This document shows positions 39,689 to 51,414 of a stretch of 64,000 bases of DNA, piece after piece. The translations under genes and the position numbers were made by a program. Source of the stretch: Sedimentisphaerales bacterium (lineage in GTDB: Bacteria; Planctomycetota; Phycisphaerae; Sedimentisphaerales; SM23-30); NCBI GenBank assembly GCA_963663805.2, contig CAXXMR010000013.1, positions 224,001 through 288,000 on the forward strand, given 5' to 3'. Each line of letters begins with the position of its first letter. Position 1 is the first letter of the stretch. The notes beneath the pieces are model-generated. The model was given only the letters and a program-made list of their open reading frames with translations, was not told the DNA's origin and did no database searches.

Positions 39689-40879
39689 ATGAAAGCTAAG
39701 GGTCGTTATGGTGATTTTGGGGGATACTATGTGCCGGAGATTTTGATTCCGGCATTGGAGGAGATTGAGGCGGCGTTTGATCGTTATAAGGATGACGCGG
39801 AGTTCTGTCGTGAGCTGGCGTTTCTGGAGAGCGATTACGCTGGTCGGCCTACGGCGTTGTATCGTTCGGGGGCATTAAGCGAGGCTGTGGGTGCGGAGGT
39901 TTATCTCAAGCGGGAAGACCTGATGCACGGCGGGGCCCATAAGCTCAATAATACTCTGGGGCAGGGTCTGCTGGCGAAATACATGGGCAAGCAAAAGCTC
40001 ATCGCTGAAACCGGGGCGGGTCAGCATGGCTTGGCGACCGCTACCATCGGGGCGATGATGGGGATGGAAGTTAAAATTTTTATGGGCAAGCTGGACATCG
40101 AACGGCAGATGCCTAATGTGCAGAAGATGCGGCTTTTGGGTGCTGAGGTTATTCCGGTTCAGGGTTCCAGCGGTACGCTTAAAGATGCGATTAACGATGC
40201 TTTGCGGTACTGGACGGCGCATGTTGATGATACTTTCTATTTGTTCGGGACGGCGGCGGGGCCTCATCCTTATCCGGCGATTGTACGTCATTTTCAGCGG
40301 ATTATCGGTGATGAGTCGCGGCGTCAATGTCTGGAAAAGACGGGCAAGCTGCCGACGGCGGTGGTGGCTTGTGTGGGAGGTGGCAGTAACGCTATAGGTA
40401 TGTTCGCGGGGTTTGTGGATGACAAGGATGTGCAGCTTATCGGGGTGGAAGCGGCGGGCGAAGGATTAGATACCGAACGTCACGCGGCAACGCTGGAAAA
40501 GGGTGCGGTGGGTGTGCTGCATGGGGCACGGTCTTATCTGCTTCAGGATGCCAATGGTCAGGTTCACGAATCGCATTCGATTAGTGCGGGGCTTGATTAT
40601 CCCGGCGTCGGCCCGGAACATAGTTTTCTGATGGAGACCAGGCGGGCGGAATATGTGGGGGCGACTGATGATGAAGTGCTGGAGACATTTCTGTTTTTGA
40701 CGCGTAAGGAAGGGATTTTTCCGGCTTTTGAGAGTGCCCACGCGGTGGCCTGGGTATTGAGGCAGGCGGAGAGGTTTAAAAAAGATGATATTGTGATTAT
40801 CAACCTCAGCGGCAGGGGGGATAAGGATGTGGACGCGTTCATATCCTATCGCTCGGATTCTGTATCGTTTAAAAAGTGA
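39689..40879 (+). CDS. trpB: Tryptophan synthase beta chain
   Basis: LKREDL, GAHKLNN, AETGAGQHG, GGGSNA, SAGLDYPG, SGRGDKD. Confidence 0.98.
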   Translation: MKAKGRYGDFGGYYVPEILIPALEEIEAAFDRYKDDAEFCRELAFLESDYAGRPTALYRSGALSEAVGAEVYLKREDLMHGGAHKLNNTLGQGLLAKYMGKQKLIAETGAGQHGLATATIGAMMGMEVKIFMGKLDIERQMPNVQKMRLLGAEVIPVQGSSGTLKDAINDALRYWTAHVDDTFYLFGTAAGPHPYPAIVRHFQRIIGDESRRQCLEKTGKLPTAVVACVGGGSNAIGMFAGFVDDKDVQLIGVEAAGEGLDTERHAATLEKGAVGVLHGARSYLLQDANGQVHESHSISAGLDYPGVGPEHSFLMETRRAEYVGATDDEVLETFLFLTRKEGIFPAFESAHAVAWVLRQAERFKKDDIVIINLSGRGDKDVDAFISYRSDSVSFKK

Positions 40880-40903
40880 TTCGGTGGGAAAAAAGGTAGT
40901 TAT

Positions 40904-41692
40904 ATGAGGAAGTATTCTGACGTATTTAAAGAGGTTAAGACGGCCCTGATACCGTTTTTTGTGCTGGGCGACCCTAATCGGGAAGCGTCGCTGGGGCTTA
41001 TCAAGGGTGCTATTGACGCCGGGGCTGATATTCTGGAGCTGGGTATTCCGTTTAGTGACCCTATCGCTGATGGTCCTACCATTCAAAAGGCTGATATTCG
41101 CGCTTTGGAGCAGGGGGTGACTTGTGGCGATGCTCTGGCGATGATCGCGGAGATTAAGGCTTATGCGGATATTCCGGTGGGGCTTCTGATGTACTATAAT
41201 TTGATATGCAATTATGGTGTTGATAAGTTTTACGCTGATGCCGCTGGTGCCGGGGTTAATAGTGTGCTGGTGGCGGATTTGTGCATTGATGATGCTGAGG
41301 AAGTTGCCGCCCCAGCGCGTAAGTACGGGATAGATACGGTATTTATGGCGACTCCGATAACGGCGGAGGAACGCAAGAAACGGTTGGCAGAGCTTTGTAC
41401 GGGTTTTATTTATACCATAGGTGTGCTGGGCGTTACCGGGGCCCGCAGTGAGTTGGGCGAGGCTATTGGGCCTTTGGTGAAGTCCCTGAAGGAGCTTACA
41501 GATACGCCGGTTTGTGTGGGATTTGGGGTTAGTACGCCGGAACACGCCCGGACTTTGGCTGATCTGGGTGCTGACGGAGTTATAGTTGGCTCGGCGGTGG
41601 TGAAAATTATTGAGGATAATCTGGATAATCCTGAGCGGGCGGGCGAGGAAATCGGTCGGTTTTTGCAGGAAATGAAGGCTGCTTTGGCATAA
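40904..41692 (+). CDS. trpA: Tryptophan synthase alpha chain
   Basis: LELGIPFSDPIADGPTIQ, GVTGAR, VGFG, ADGVIVGSA. Confidence 0.98.
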   Translation: MRKYSDVFKEVKTALIPFFVLGDPNREASLGLIKGAIDAGADILELGIPFSDPIADGPTIQKADIRALEQGVTCGDALAMIAEIKAYADIPVGLLMYYNLICNYGVDKFYADAAGAGVNSVLVADLCIDDAEEVAAPARKYGIDTVFMATPITAEERKKRLAELCTGFIYTIGVLGVTGARSELGEAIGPLVKSLKELTDTPVCVGFGVSTPEHARTLADLGADGVIVGSAVVKIIEDNLDNPERAGEEIGRFLQEMKAALA

Positions 41693-41821
41693 TTTTTATG
41701 GAGTCGCCATTAGGTGTTGTTGGGCAAGGGGTTATGGTTTTGGATGAAATCGCAAAAAAACACTTGCTTTGCAGGGCATAATGGGCATAATATTGCGATT
41801 CTGTGAAATGTTTAAGGAGCA

Positions 41822-42145
41822 ATGACAGTGTACGCAATAATTGAAGACGGCGGAAAACAGTATAAGGTAGCTCAGGGCGAGACGGTTTGTGTTGAGGTCC
41901 GTGATTTGAGCGAAGGTCAGAGTGAAATTACTTTTGATAGTGTTATTTTCTATCAGGATGGTGAAAAGACGCTTATCGGTCAGCCTCGACTGGCTGGTGC
42001 CCAGGTTAAAGCCAAAATAAATGGCGTAGCCCCTGGTCCGAAGCTTTATCCGATGCATTTTAAGCGTCGTAAGAATTCGCGAAGTCGTACCGGGCATCGT
42101 CAGAAATACCTCGAAGTTGAGGTGACTGAGATTCTGGCCGGCTGA
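41822..42145 (+). CDS. rplU: 50S ribosomal protein L21
   Basis: YAIIEDGGKQYKV, KRRK, GHRQ. Confidence 0.97.
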   Translation: MTVYAIIEDGGKQYKVAQGETVCVEVRDLSEGQSEITFDSVIFYQDGEKTLIGQPRLAGAQVKAKINGVAPGPKLYPMHFKRRKNSRSRTGHRQKYLEVEVTEILAG

Positions 42146-42171
42146 TTTTTAGCGCGGAAAATGGAAATGTG

Positions 42172-42213
42172 AGCCCGATCGGCTGCTGATGGCGGTTGAT
42201 TGGGCTTTTTTTT
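42172..42213 (+). terminator. Rho-independent terminator after rplU
   Basis: agcccgatcggctgc...gcggttgattgggct followed by a T-run. Confidence 0.75.
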
Positions 42214-42288
42214 GGTCGGTATTTTTGTAAATTGTCATTTTGGCGAAGTTCAGTTATTATAAAACCGGTATTAGCGGAGTGATTGTTT

Positions 42289-43032
42289 ATGGATATGGTA
42301 CTGCTGGAAAGTCGAGCTTTGGAGAAGTCCTATTCGGGCCGGAAGGTCGTGGATGGGGCCTCGATTCTTGTGCATGAGCACGAGATAGTGGGTCTGCTCG
42401 GCCGTAACGGTGCCGGGAAAACCACTACCTTTCGGATGACCATCGGTATGATAGTGCCGGATGCCGGCCAGGTGATTTTTGAGGGGCGTGATATTACGCG
42501 TATGCCGATGTTTCGCCGGGCTCAACATGGGATGGGGTATCTTTCGCAGGAGCCGAGTGTTTTTCAGCGTTTGACGGTGGAGCAAAATCTGCTGGCGATT
42601 CTGGAGACGATGAGCCTTACGCGGAAGAACCGGCATAAGCGGGCCGAGGAACTAATCGCGCAGTTCGGTTTGACGAAAGTTAAGAACAGTCAGGCCCGTG
42701 TGTTGTCCGGGGGCGAAAGACGTAAACTTGAAATCGCCCGCGCTCTGGTGACGAATCCTTCGGTGATTCTGCTGGATGAGCCGTTCAGCGGGGTGGACCC
42801 AATTGCGGTTGAGGATTTGCAGCGGGAAATCCGGGCTTTGCAGGAACGCGGGATAAGTATTCTGATAACTGACCATAATGTGGAACGAACGCTGGAAGTT
42901 TGTTCGCACGCTTATATAATAAATGAAGGTAAGGTGCTGGCTTACGGTCGGCCGAAAGACCTTATCAAGAACGAGCAGGTTCGCAAGACTTACCTCGGCC
43001 AGACGTTCAAAGGTGATGAGTTTGACCATTAA
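42289..43032 (+). CDS. lptB: LPS export ABC transporter ATP-binding protein
   Basis: GRNGAGKTT, YLSQEPSVF, LSGGERR, LLDEPFSGVDP, ITDHNV. Confidence 0.93.
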   Translation: MDMVLLESRALEKSYSGRKVVDGASILVHEHEIVGLLGRNGAGKTTTFRMTIGMIVPDAGQVIFEGRDITRMPMFRRAQHGMGYLSQEPSVFQRLTVEQNLLAILETMSLTRKNRHKRAEELIAQFGLTKVKNSQARVLSGGERRKLEIARALVTNPSVILLDEPFSGVDPIAVEDLQREIRALQERGISILITDHNVERTLEVCSHAYIINEGKVLAYGRPKDLIKNEQVRKTYLGQTFKGDEFDH

Positions 43033-43053
43033 CTGACAGGACCACAGCGGCCT

Positions 43054-43917
43054 ATGCTGCACGAAATCGAAGCCTATCTCCAATATGTGTATGCTTCCCA
43101 TGACCCGTTGCGGATAATGGTTGAGCTGCTGCTTATCGGTTTTGTTATCTATTCGGTTTTGCGTTTTCTGCAGGGGACCGGCGGCGAGAAGCTGTTCAAC
43201 GGTCTGGTTCTGGTAGTCATGGGTTTTCTGGTATTGAAGCTTTTGACCACCAAGTTTCAGTTGGAGCGTATTGATCTTATCAGTAAGTATTTTCTGGTAG
43301 GTGTGCTTTTGGTGGCGATTGTGGCTTTTCAGCCGGAATTACGGCGGGGGCTTATGCGTTTGGGGGGCACTACATTCAGTCATAACGCTGCGCCGGAGAT
43401 GGCTGCGATTATCGAGCATGTTGTCGATGCGGCAGCGATGCTGAGTCGCAAGCAGATTGGGGCGTTGATAGCTTTTGAACGTAAGGTTGGTTTAACGGAC
43501 CGGGTTGCTTTGGGTACTGAAATTGATGGTCTGGTTACGGAAGATATGCTCGGCACGATTTTCTGGCCAGGTTCGCCTCTGCACGATATGGGGGTTATTA
43601 TTCGCAAGGGTCGTCTGGCGGCGGCGGGTGTTCAGTTTCCTTTGGCCGAGCATGGTGAATATGACCGCCTGCTGGGTTCGCGGCATCGGGCGGCGATAGG
43701 AATGAGCAAGGAAAGCGACGCGGCGGTTGTGGTTGTCAGTGAGGAGACGGGGCAGATTGCTTTGGCAGTCGATGGCAAACTGACACGTTTTCTTACGCTG
43801 GAACAGCTTCGTCAGCAGCTTTTGGATTTGATGCTGCCGCTGGTGGCTGATAAGAAAGGTCTGAAAGTCGAGAGCCGGGAAGAAAAAGTCAGCAAAGATG
43901 GGGAGGAGCAGGCATAA
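43054..43917 (+). CDS. cdaA: Diadenylate cyclase CdaA/DacA
   Basis: Three N-terminal TMs, FQPELRR, GALI, PLHDMG, GSRHRAA, VSEETG. Confidence 0.9.
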   Translation: MLHEIEAYLQYVYASHDPLRIMVELLLIGFVIYSVLRFLQGTGGEKLFNGLVLVVMGFLVLKLLTTKFQLERIDLISKYFLVGVLLVAIVAFQPELRRGLMRLGGTTFSHNAAPEMAAIIEHVVDAAAMLSRKQIGALIAFERKVGLTDRVALGTEIDGLVTEDMLGTIFWPGSPLHDMGVIIRKGRLAAAGVQFPLAEHGEYDRLLGSRHRAAIGMSKESDAAVVVVSEETGQIALAVDGKLTRFLTLEQLRQQLLDLMLPLVADKKGLKVESREEKVSKDGEEQA

Positions 43918-45015
43918 ATGTGGGCAAAGGTTAAACTGGCAATCGCGGTTGTGATTTTGAGCGGTCTGGTCTGGATTTTCGCGGAGCGGGCTCAGATACA
44001 AAACACGACAATTACGGTGGATTTGGTTCTGGTTGAGTCGCGCAGTGATTTGTTTGTACAGTTTCTCGACCAGTCGGGTGATATTCTTGTTTCGGACGGC
44101 ACGCCCGGTCAGCAGCGTCATTTGAGTATGCGTCTGACGGTTCAGGGGCCGGCGGGTCGAATCCAGCAGGTCAGGCCCGACCAGAACAGTATAACGCCGG
44201 TAATTCTGCTGGATGTTCAGAATTTCAAAGGGTTGGAAATATCGCCGGATGTTCAGGAATACAGTTTTAACATAATTGAATATCTCAATGAGCGGCGGTG
44301 GTTCGATAAGGACTATTTGCAGGTTATCGAGGTTGAACCCATGGAGGTGATTCGGATACGTTCCACCCGGCGGGTTGAGCGTCAGCTGCCGGTAGTGGTG
44401 CGTTCGGAACTGGGGGCGGAGTTTTCCCAAGCGGTTGTCGACCCTCAGATTATTACCGCTCATATCCTGCCGGAGCAGCCCCTGGAGGCATCGGTTATCC
44501 TCACTGAAGAACAACGGCGTGAGGCAGCCCAGCAGGCAATTTCCGTTGTCGCTCGAATTACCGCGCCTGGTGTGCCCGAAAAAGTGAATGTTACGGTTCG
44601 CCTGCCGGAAACCACGGCGATTTGGCCCGAAGACGAAATCAAAACCCCCAATCTTGGTATTATTATGCCGCTTTCGATGGTTGGCAAATATCAGGTAGAA
44701 GTAGAGGATATTCAGGCCCTACTGGATGAATACAGCCCGGTTCGCTTTCAGGGTGCCGCTGAAGCTGTCAATGAGTATCGTTCCCAGAGGTACCACCTTC
44801 TGCTGGAAATCGACGAAAAGGACCGTGACCAGGTTGACCCGCCGCCCAGTCGTCGTTTGTCGTACAATCTGCCGCCGGGCACTGCCAATATCAAGATAAT
44901 CAATCCGGTGACGACCGCGGCGAGGTTCCATGTGCAAAAGACCGGCCCGTTGAGTGGGAAAAGGGCGTCGGACACCTATGAGGAGTTAAAGTTGTTTGGG
45001 GTGAATGTCCGATAA
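43918..45015 (+). CDS. Membrane-anchored protein, CdaR/YbbR-like by position
   Basis: N-terminal TM ending LVWIFAE, beta-rich body, directly after cdaA. Confidence 0.55.
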   Translation: MWAKVKLAIAVVILSGLVWIFAERAQIQNTTITVDLVLVESRSDLFVQFLDQSGDILVSDGTPGQQRHLSMRLTVQGPAGRIQQVRPDQNSITPVILLDVQNFKGLEISPDVQEYSFNIIEYLNERRWFDKDYLQVIEVEPMEVIRIRSTRRVERQLPVVVRSELGAEFSQAVVDPQIITAHILPEQPLEASVILTEEQRREAAQQAISVVARITAPGVPEKVNVTVRLPETTAIWPEDEIKTPNLGIIMPLSMVGKYQVEVEDIQALLDEYSPVRFQGAAEAVNEYRSQRYHLLLEIDEKDRDQVDPPPSRRLSYNLPPGTANIKIINPVTTAARFHVQKTGPLSGKRASDTYEELKLFGVNVR

Positions 45016-45078
45016 TTGTTGCAGTATCGCGCTATGACCGCGCGTTTGGAATTGCTGTATATGGAGATATAGTCATTT

Positions 45079-46104
45079 ATGGCTGATGTTCTTGACCAGT
45101 CAGAAGTAGATGCCCTGTTAAATGCCGTTGCCGACGGTGATTTGGGAGGGGGTTCCGACGAAGTTGATACCGGAGGTTTTGGCCCGTCCGAGACAACTGC
45201 TGTCAAGGCTGAGATTCACAATTACGATTTCAAACGGCCTGAGCGTGTCAGCAAAGACCAGCAGTTGGCTTTGGAAGGTCTGCATGAGCGTTTTGCCCGT
45301 AATTTTGGGGCTGCCCTGAGCGGTTATCTGCGTACGATTATCGAGGTCAAGATTCGCAGTACGGAACAATTGACCTACGCTGAGTTTACGTATTCGCTGC
45401 CGACGCCGACATCTTTTACGCTTTTGCAGGCTTCGGCGTTGGATGGTCAGATATGTCTGGAAATCAGCCCTCTGATAATTTACCCGATTATCGACCGTAT
45501 GCTGGGCGGCTCGAACGCGGAACTTTATATTCCTCAGCGTCCCTTAACTCAGATTGAGCAGCGTCTGGCTAATCGTATAATCGAGCGTGCCCTGGATACT
45601 CTGGCTGAGGCCTGGAGTAATGTCGCTGATGTTGAGTTTGAGGTTATGCAGCATGAGTCTAACCCGCAACTGGTGCAGATTGTCGCGCCGAATGAAGTTG
45701 TGGTTGTTATTGGTTTTGAGATTAAGATGGGCAACCGGGCCGGCTCGATGAGTTTGTGTATACCTTTTAACGTGATTGAGCCGGTTATGGGCAGGCTGAC
45801 CAGCCAGAACTGGTTTAACTACTCACGTTCGCCGGGCGATGCCGAGCAGCGTCGTGAGTCCATGCTCGAAAATCTCTCTGATGCCAAACTTAAATGCCGC
45901 AGCTATCTAGCCCAGACCTCCATCAAGATGAGTGAGCTGGTGGCTTTGGAAATCGGCGATGTTATCAAGACCAAAAAAGAGCCCTGCGATGACCTTATTT
46001 TTGAGATTGAGGGCAAAAACAAGTTTGCCGGCAAAATAGGGCAATTCCGAGGCCATCGAGCCTTCAAGGTTGTTCGTAACGCTGAGCCGGGCGAGAAAAT
46101 CTAG
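45079..46104 (+). CDS. fliM: Flagellar motor switch protein FliM
   Basis: VLDQSEVDALL, YDFKRPERVSK, HERFAR, C-terminal SpoA domain. Confidence 0.95.
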   Translation: MADVLDQSEVDALLNAVADGDLGGGSDEVDTGGFGPSETTAVKAEIHNYDFKRPERVSKDQQLALEGLHERFARNFGAALSGYLRTIIEVKIRSTEQLTYAEFTYSLPTPTSFTLLQASALDGQICLEISPLIIYPIIDRMLGGSNAELYIPQRPLTQIEQRLANRIIERALDTLAEAWSNVADVEFEVMQHESNPQLVQIVAPNEVVVVIGFEIKMGNRAGSMSLCIPFNVIEPVMGRLTSQNWFNYSRSPGDAEQRRESMLENLSDAKLKCRSYLAQTSIKMSELVALEIGDVIKTKKEPCDDLIFEIEGKNKFAGKIGQFRGHRAFKVVRNAEPGEKI

Positions 46105-46163
46105 GCGGGGCGATTGGTCGCATTTTTCTTGCGATATATCCTGGATGACGCTACCAAAGGGTT

Positions 46164-47084
46164 ATGAAAAAGTGGAATTACATAACCCCTGCGATTATCC
46201 TTTTGGCGGTGGGGATTTATTATCTGCCCGGTATTTTTGAGCGGCCTGAAAGCTCTCCGGCTGAGCCGGTGAAACCTGTTCAACTGCCCCAGCGGGTTGT
46301 TTGTGTCAATCCTGCCGCTACGGAGATTATTTTTGCGTTGGGCCGTGAAGATAAACTTATCGCGGTAAGTGATTACTGTGACTATCCGGCGGCGACCAGT
46401 GACTTTCCCCATGTCGGCGGTGCCCTTAACCCAAATTTTGAGCGTATCAGCGTTCTGGAACCAGACCTGATAATCATTCAGGGGCAGGCGGATGAGATAA
46501 GCGAATACTGCCGACTTAAGCAGATTGATTGCATGTCAGTTAATCTTCGTGACCTGAAGGAAATTTACTCGGAAATTCCTCGTTTGGGCCAGCGGCTGGG
46601 TTGTGCCGAGGTCGCCCAGAAACTCGCCGACAATATTTGGGCGGAGCTTGAGAAGGTGAAGTCTGAAACTTCGTCGGTGTCCCAAAAGAAAGTTTTCTTT
46701 TCCATGTATCGTACCGCTGGTTCGTTGGCGGGCATTACTACCATCGGGCCGGGTACGCTGATTAATGAGCTTATCGAAATTGCCGGCGGGACGAATATTT
46801 TCGCCGACCTGGACCAGAGCTATCCGGTGATTTCCAAGGAAACCCTGCTCAAGCGTCAGCCCGATATTATTATCGAATCGTATTCCAGTGACGCCGGCGG
46901 CTTGCCTGGAAATGAACAGGTTTTACGCGACTGGTCAAAGCTCGATATGTTAAATGCGGCCAAGGATAAAAAAGTTTATGTGGTTGACGGCGATGTGGTT
47001 CTCAAACCCGGACCGCGAATTACTCAGGCGGCTCAAATTTTGGCCCGCATAATTCATCCTGAGCTTTACGGCGAACAGGAATGA
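46164..47084 (+). CDS. Cobalamin/iron-siderophore ABC transporter substrate-binding protein
   Basis: RVVCVNPAATEIIFALG, YCDYP, PNFERI, PGPRI. Confidence 0.88.
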   Translation: MKKWNYITPAIILLAVGIYYLPGIFERPESSPAEPVKPVQLPQRVVCVNPAATEIIFALGREDKLIAVSDYCDYPAATSDFPHVGGALNPNFERISVLEPDLIIIQGQADEISEYCRLKQIDCMSVNLRDLKEIYSEIPRLGQRLGCAEVAQKLADNIWAELEKVKSETSSVSQKKVFFSMYRTAGSLAGITTIGPGTLINELIEIAGGTNIFADLDQSYPVISKETLLKRQPDIIIESYSSDAGGLPGNEQVLRDWSKLDMLNAAKDKKVYVVDGDVVLKPGPRITQAAQILARIIHPELYGEQE

Positions 47085-47108
47085 TATTACCAGGAGTCAC
47101 ATTCAAAT

Positions 47109-48119
47109 ATGACAATTCCTAAGCATAGAACACGTTTTGGCACAATTTATCTCTATTTGCTTTTTGCTGGGTTAGCGATTGTTTTGTGTCCTCTTACCGG
47201 TGCCGAGTCACTGGACACCGCGACTATTGTTCAGGATTTAAGGGACGGGCAGATAAGTTCGATTGATACCGATATTTTTGTTTATCAGAGGCTGCCCCGT
47301 GTGCTGCTGGCTTTTATTACCGGTGCGGTTTTGGCGGCGGCGGGTAATACGTTTCAGATTATTTTACGAAATCCCCTGGCAACTCCTTATACACTCGGGG
47401 TGACCGGGGGGGCTTCGGTAGGGGCTTACTTGGCCATTGCGTTTCCGGTTCTGAGTTTTCAGTTTGGCAAAATCAGTTCGGTTCAGCTCATGTCAATCGT
47501 TGGTGCCGGCGCGATTGTCGCTTTGATTTATGTTTCCTCGCGTCGCAAGGGTGGGTTGTCGATGTTTACGATGCTTTTGGCGGGGGTGACCATCAGTATA
47601 ATGTGTGGTGCGTTTATTATTCTCATTCGCTATCTGACCAGGCCGCATCTGCTGGTTTCGCTTGACCGCTGGACGATGGGGCGGCTGGATACCGTCGGTT
47701 ACGATGTTTTTTATTCCATTATGCCCCTGGCGGTGCTTGGTCTGGTGATGATAGTTCTGCAAATTCGCAGTTTGAATAATATTTCGCTGGGCGAAGAGAT
47801 GGCCCTGGGTCACGGTGTTGATGTGGCCGCTGTACAGCGTTACTGTTTTATCGGCGGGTCTATCGCGACTGCCGCGGTGGTTTCAGCTGCCGGGCCGATA
47901 GGGTTTATTGGTTTGATTGCCCCGCATATCGTTCGGAAAATTTCCGGCTTTGACAATCGAATCGTAATGCCGGGTTGTTTCTGTGTGGGTGGTGCTTTTC
48001 TGGTTTGTGCCGACGCTTTGGCCCGGACGGTAATAGCACCCACGGAAATCCCCGTTGGGGTGATTACTGCTCTTGTTGGCGGCCCGTGCTTTATCTATCT
48101 GCTGGTCAAGAAAGATTGA
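47109..48119 (+). CDS. FecCD/BtuC-family ABC permease
   Basis: RLPR, RNPLATPYTLG, GPIGFIGLIAPH, EIPVGVITALVGGP. Confidence 0.92.
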   Translation: MTIPKHRTRFGTIYLYLLFAGLAIVLCPLTGAESLDTATIVQDLRDGQISSIDTDIFVYQRLPRVLLAFITGAVLAAAGNTFQIILRNPLATPYTLGVTGGASVGAYLAIAFPVLSFQFGKISSVQLMSIVGAGAIVALIYVSSRRKGGLSMFTMLLAGVTISIMCGAFIILIRYLTRPHLLVSLDRWTMGRLDTVGYDVFYSIMPLAVLGLVMIVLQIRSLNNISLGEEMALGHGVDVAAVQRYCFIGGSIATAAVVSAAGPIGFIGLIAPHIVRKISGFDNRIVMPGCFCVGGAFLVCADALARTVIAPTEIPVGVITALVGGPCFIYLLVKKD

Positions 48120-48129
48120 CCGAACTGGT

Positions 48130-50045
48130 TCAGCGATTCCGCATAATCTTATACCAGCTCCAAATTTTAAACGCCGGGGCCGGTGTCATAAGTTGTAACT
48201 GTGCCCGGTTCCACCCTCGTATCTGTGTCTGTCCCGGATTATTCGAAAAATGACTGTTGAAACAATCGGGATACGTCCACACCCCAATATACTGATAGCC
48301 ATATTTGTCAAATCGTTTCATTAGTGAAGTCGCCGCCCAGACTTCCAGTGCTTTATCGTGTTGACCCAGTTCCGCCAGTGCCATTGCGAACCAGTCGCAC
48401 GTTTGCGGCCAAATCCCCGCGTTCTCACCCTCGCCGGTCGGAATCTGACAATGGCTGAAATGCTCCGGCAACTCTTCCGGATAAGCTTTCGACATCAGCA
48501 TCAGGCCCGCCGCCGAATCACATTCCCGCAAAGCGTTATTTGTCGCCATGTCCCACTTTTCCCTATCACCGCAGCGGCCCAGGACCGCCATACTCTGAGC
48601 GTTCAGGAACAGCCGGTCATCTTCGCTGCCGACCACCTGCCCATTATCCGCATAAGCCCGTGTGAACCATTTCTCATCGAAACATTTATCTACCGCCTGC
48701 CGGGCCGCATTGATTTCCCTCGCCACAAATTTCTTAAACTCGGCATCGTCGTCTCTCAAGACCACATCAAGCACCCTCTGCCAACTGTAAGCCAGTAATT
48801 CCGAATTCATAACCGACTCGCCGCGTCCCTGTTTACCCAGTGCGTTTAGATAATCATTCCAATCACCCTTGGCCATCAGCAGCAAACCACGCTCACCCTT
48901 ACCCAGCACCTCAACACTATGTCGCATCGACCATTTCAGGCGCTCATAGACCGTTGCCTGCCGCCCACCTCTGCCTCTGAGATTGCAATCCAGAATACCC
49001 GCGTCCCCGGTTATTTCTATATATTCCGCCAATGCCAACCCCAGCCACAATTCCGTATCACTGTCATGCGGCTCATTTGCGGTTTCGTAATCCATTTCGC
49101 AGGCTTTTTTTTGCCCCACAGTAATCCACTTATCCAGCCCGCCATTTTTATACTGCTCCGTAAAAGCATACAGAATCCCTTCGCACGCGACTTCTTTGTC
49201 AAGTGGTGCGATACAAAACGCGTGCTCGATTATGTCCCTCAGATTATGATTCATATATCGCGGTCGAGTCAGGTCCAGACAGTAAATTCCGCCAATCCCC
49301 GGAAAACGATAGCCCTTCAACTCATCGTAAAGCACCCATGCCATAAGCTGATAACTGTCCCATAATAATTCATCCCGCACCCATTTTTCTTGCCCGCTTC
49401 CGGCAACTTTCAGACCCGGCTGGGCATAGGATATTACGGCTTTTTGCCAATCGCACTGGTCTATCTTTTTTGGCAGCTCATCCTGGTTATCCAGCGTGTA
49501 AGTAAAAATCAGCGTTTGTTTCACTGTTTCGCCCGTTTTTAGGTTGAGCCCGTTGTTTTTTGTCTCGGTCCAGTTTTTTCCTGCTTGGCCGGAAAAAAGT
49601 TTGGCTTCATTTTCCTGCACATCAGAAACAGTCGGTTCTGTCGCGGCGAGTTCAACTTCCATATCAACCGTCGCGGTAAGTTGCAGCTCCAGATAGATAT
49701 TTCTTTCAAACTCATAAGGCGCGTAAATTGTCTCGACCCACGCTTAGGTTTTCCGAAGTCCGTTCCTGTTGCGTATAGCCTATCCCAAAACGGATTTTTA
49801 CGCTCGAACCCAACTCCAGCTTTTCGCCCCCGCAACGCAGCTCGTACAGTTCCGCCGCTTCGGTATTAAACAGCAGTGTGCCCCGGTCGGCGGTATAAAA
49901 AACGAACCTTACCCCACTGATTAACCAGCCCCTTAAACCGTTGGCTGCCCACCAGGTGAAAATATTCCTGCTCACCTTTATCCGCCAAATCAAACGTCGG
50001 ATACCCTAACTCGTCATATTCCCAGTTGCCTACTTTTGTTGTCAT
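48130..50045 (-). CDS. GH94-like glycoside phosphorylase (frameshifts at ~49900 and ~49737)
   Basis: GDWND, GESVMNS, WFTRAY, LFLNAQS, GEGENAGIW. The N-terminal part (MTTKVGNWEYDELGYP..., GGAG RBS) joins the track ORF after homopolymer correction. Confidence 0.65.
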
Positions 50046-50316
50046 GGTTTTTTTCTCCAGTTTTTCGGCGGCTAATATAAACTCTCACTTTATATTAGCC
50101 GAAGAATTGCGACAGCCGGTTTAATCGATTGTAAGCATGCTCTCTTTAGTGTAAATGGTTTAGGTTGAGTTACCGAAATATTGTCGGAAAACTTTTCAGA
50201 TGGAGATTCTGTTTGAACAATTTTGAATTTATATACAGATTTCCCTGCAATCATAGTACCCAAACAATAGCGGGAATCGCCTACGCCCCGATTCGATAAT
50301 CTTGATGCTCAGATAA

Positions 50317-51322
<1,006 letters not shown>

Positions 51323-51344
51323 GCTACTACCTCCGGCACTTGCC

Positions 51345-51386
51345 AAAAAATTAAGCGACAGGACAGGCCAAACCTATCCTGCCGCT
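51345..51386 (-). terminator. Terminator-like hairpin between rplT and pheS
   Basis: agcggcaggatagg-tttgg-cctgtcctgtcgct followed by taatttttt on the minus strand. Confidence 0.65.
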
Positions 51387-51414
51387 ATTCATAATCTTTG
51401 TTCTTTTCAGATGC

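Noticed and set aside
40466..44514. Long minus-strand ORFs opposite trpBA and cdaA/cdaR
   Set aside because: Antisense shadows of well-supported genes.
46105..46163. Cobalamin riboswitch ahead of the BtuF-like gene
   Set aside because: The spacer is only ~60 nt and has no B12-box.
51323..51414. pheM-like leader peptide before pheS
   Set aside because: A terminator-like hairpin is present but there is no Phe-rich uORF.
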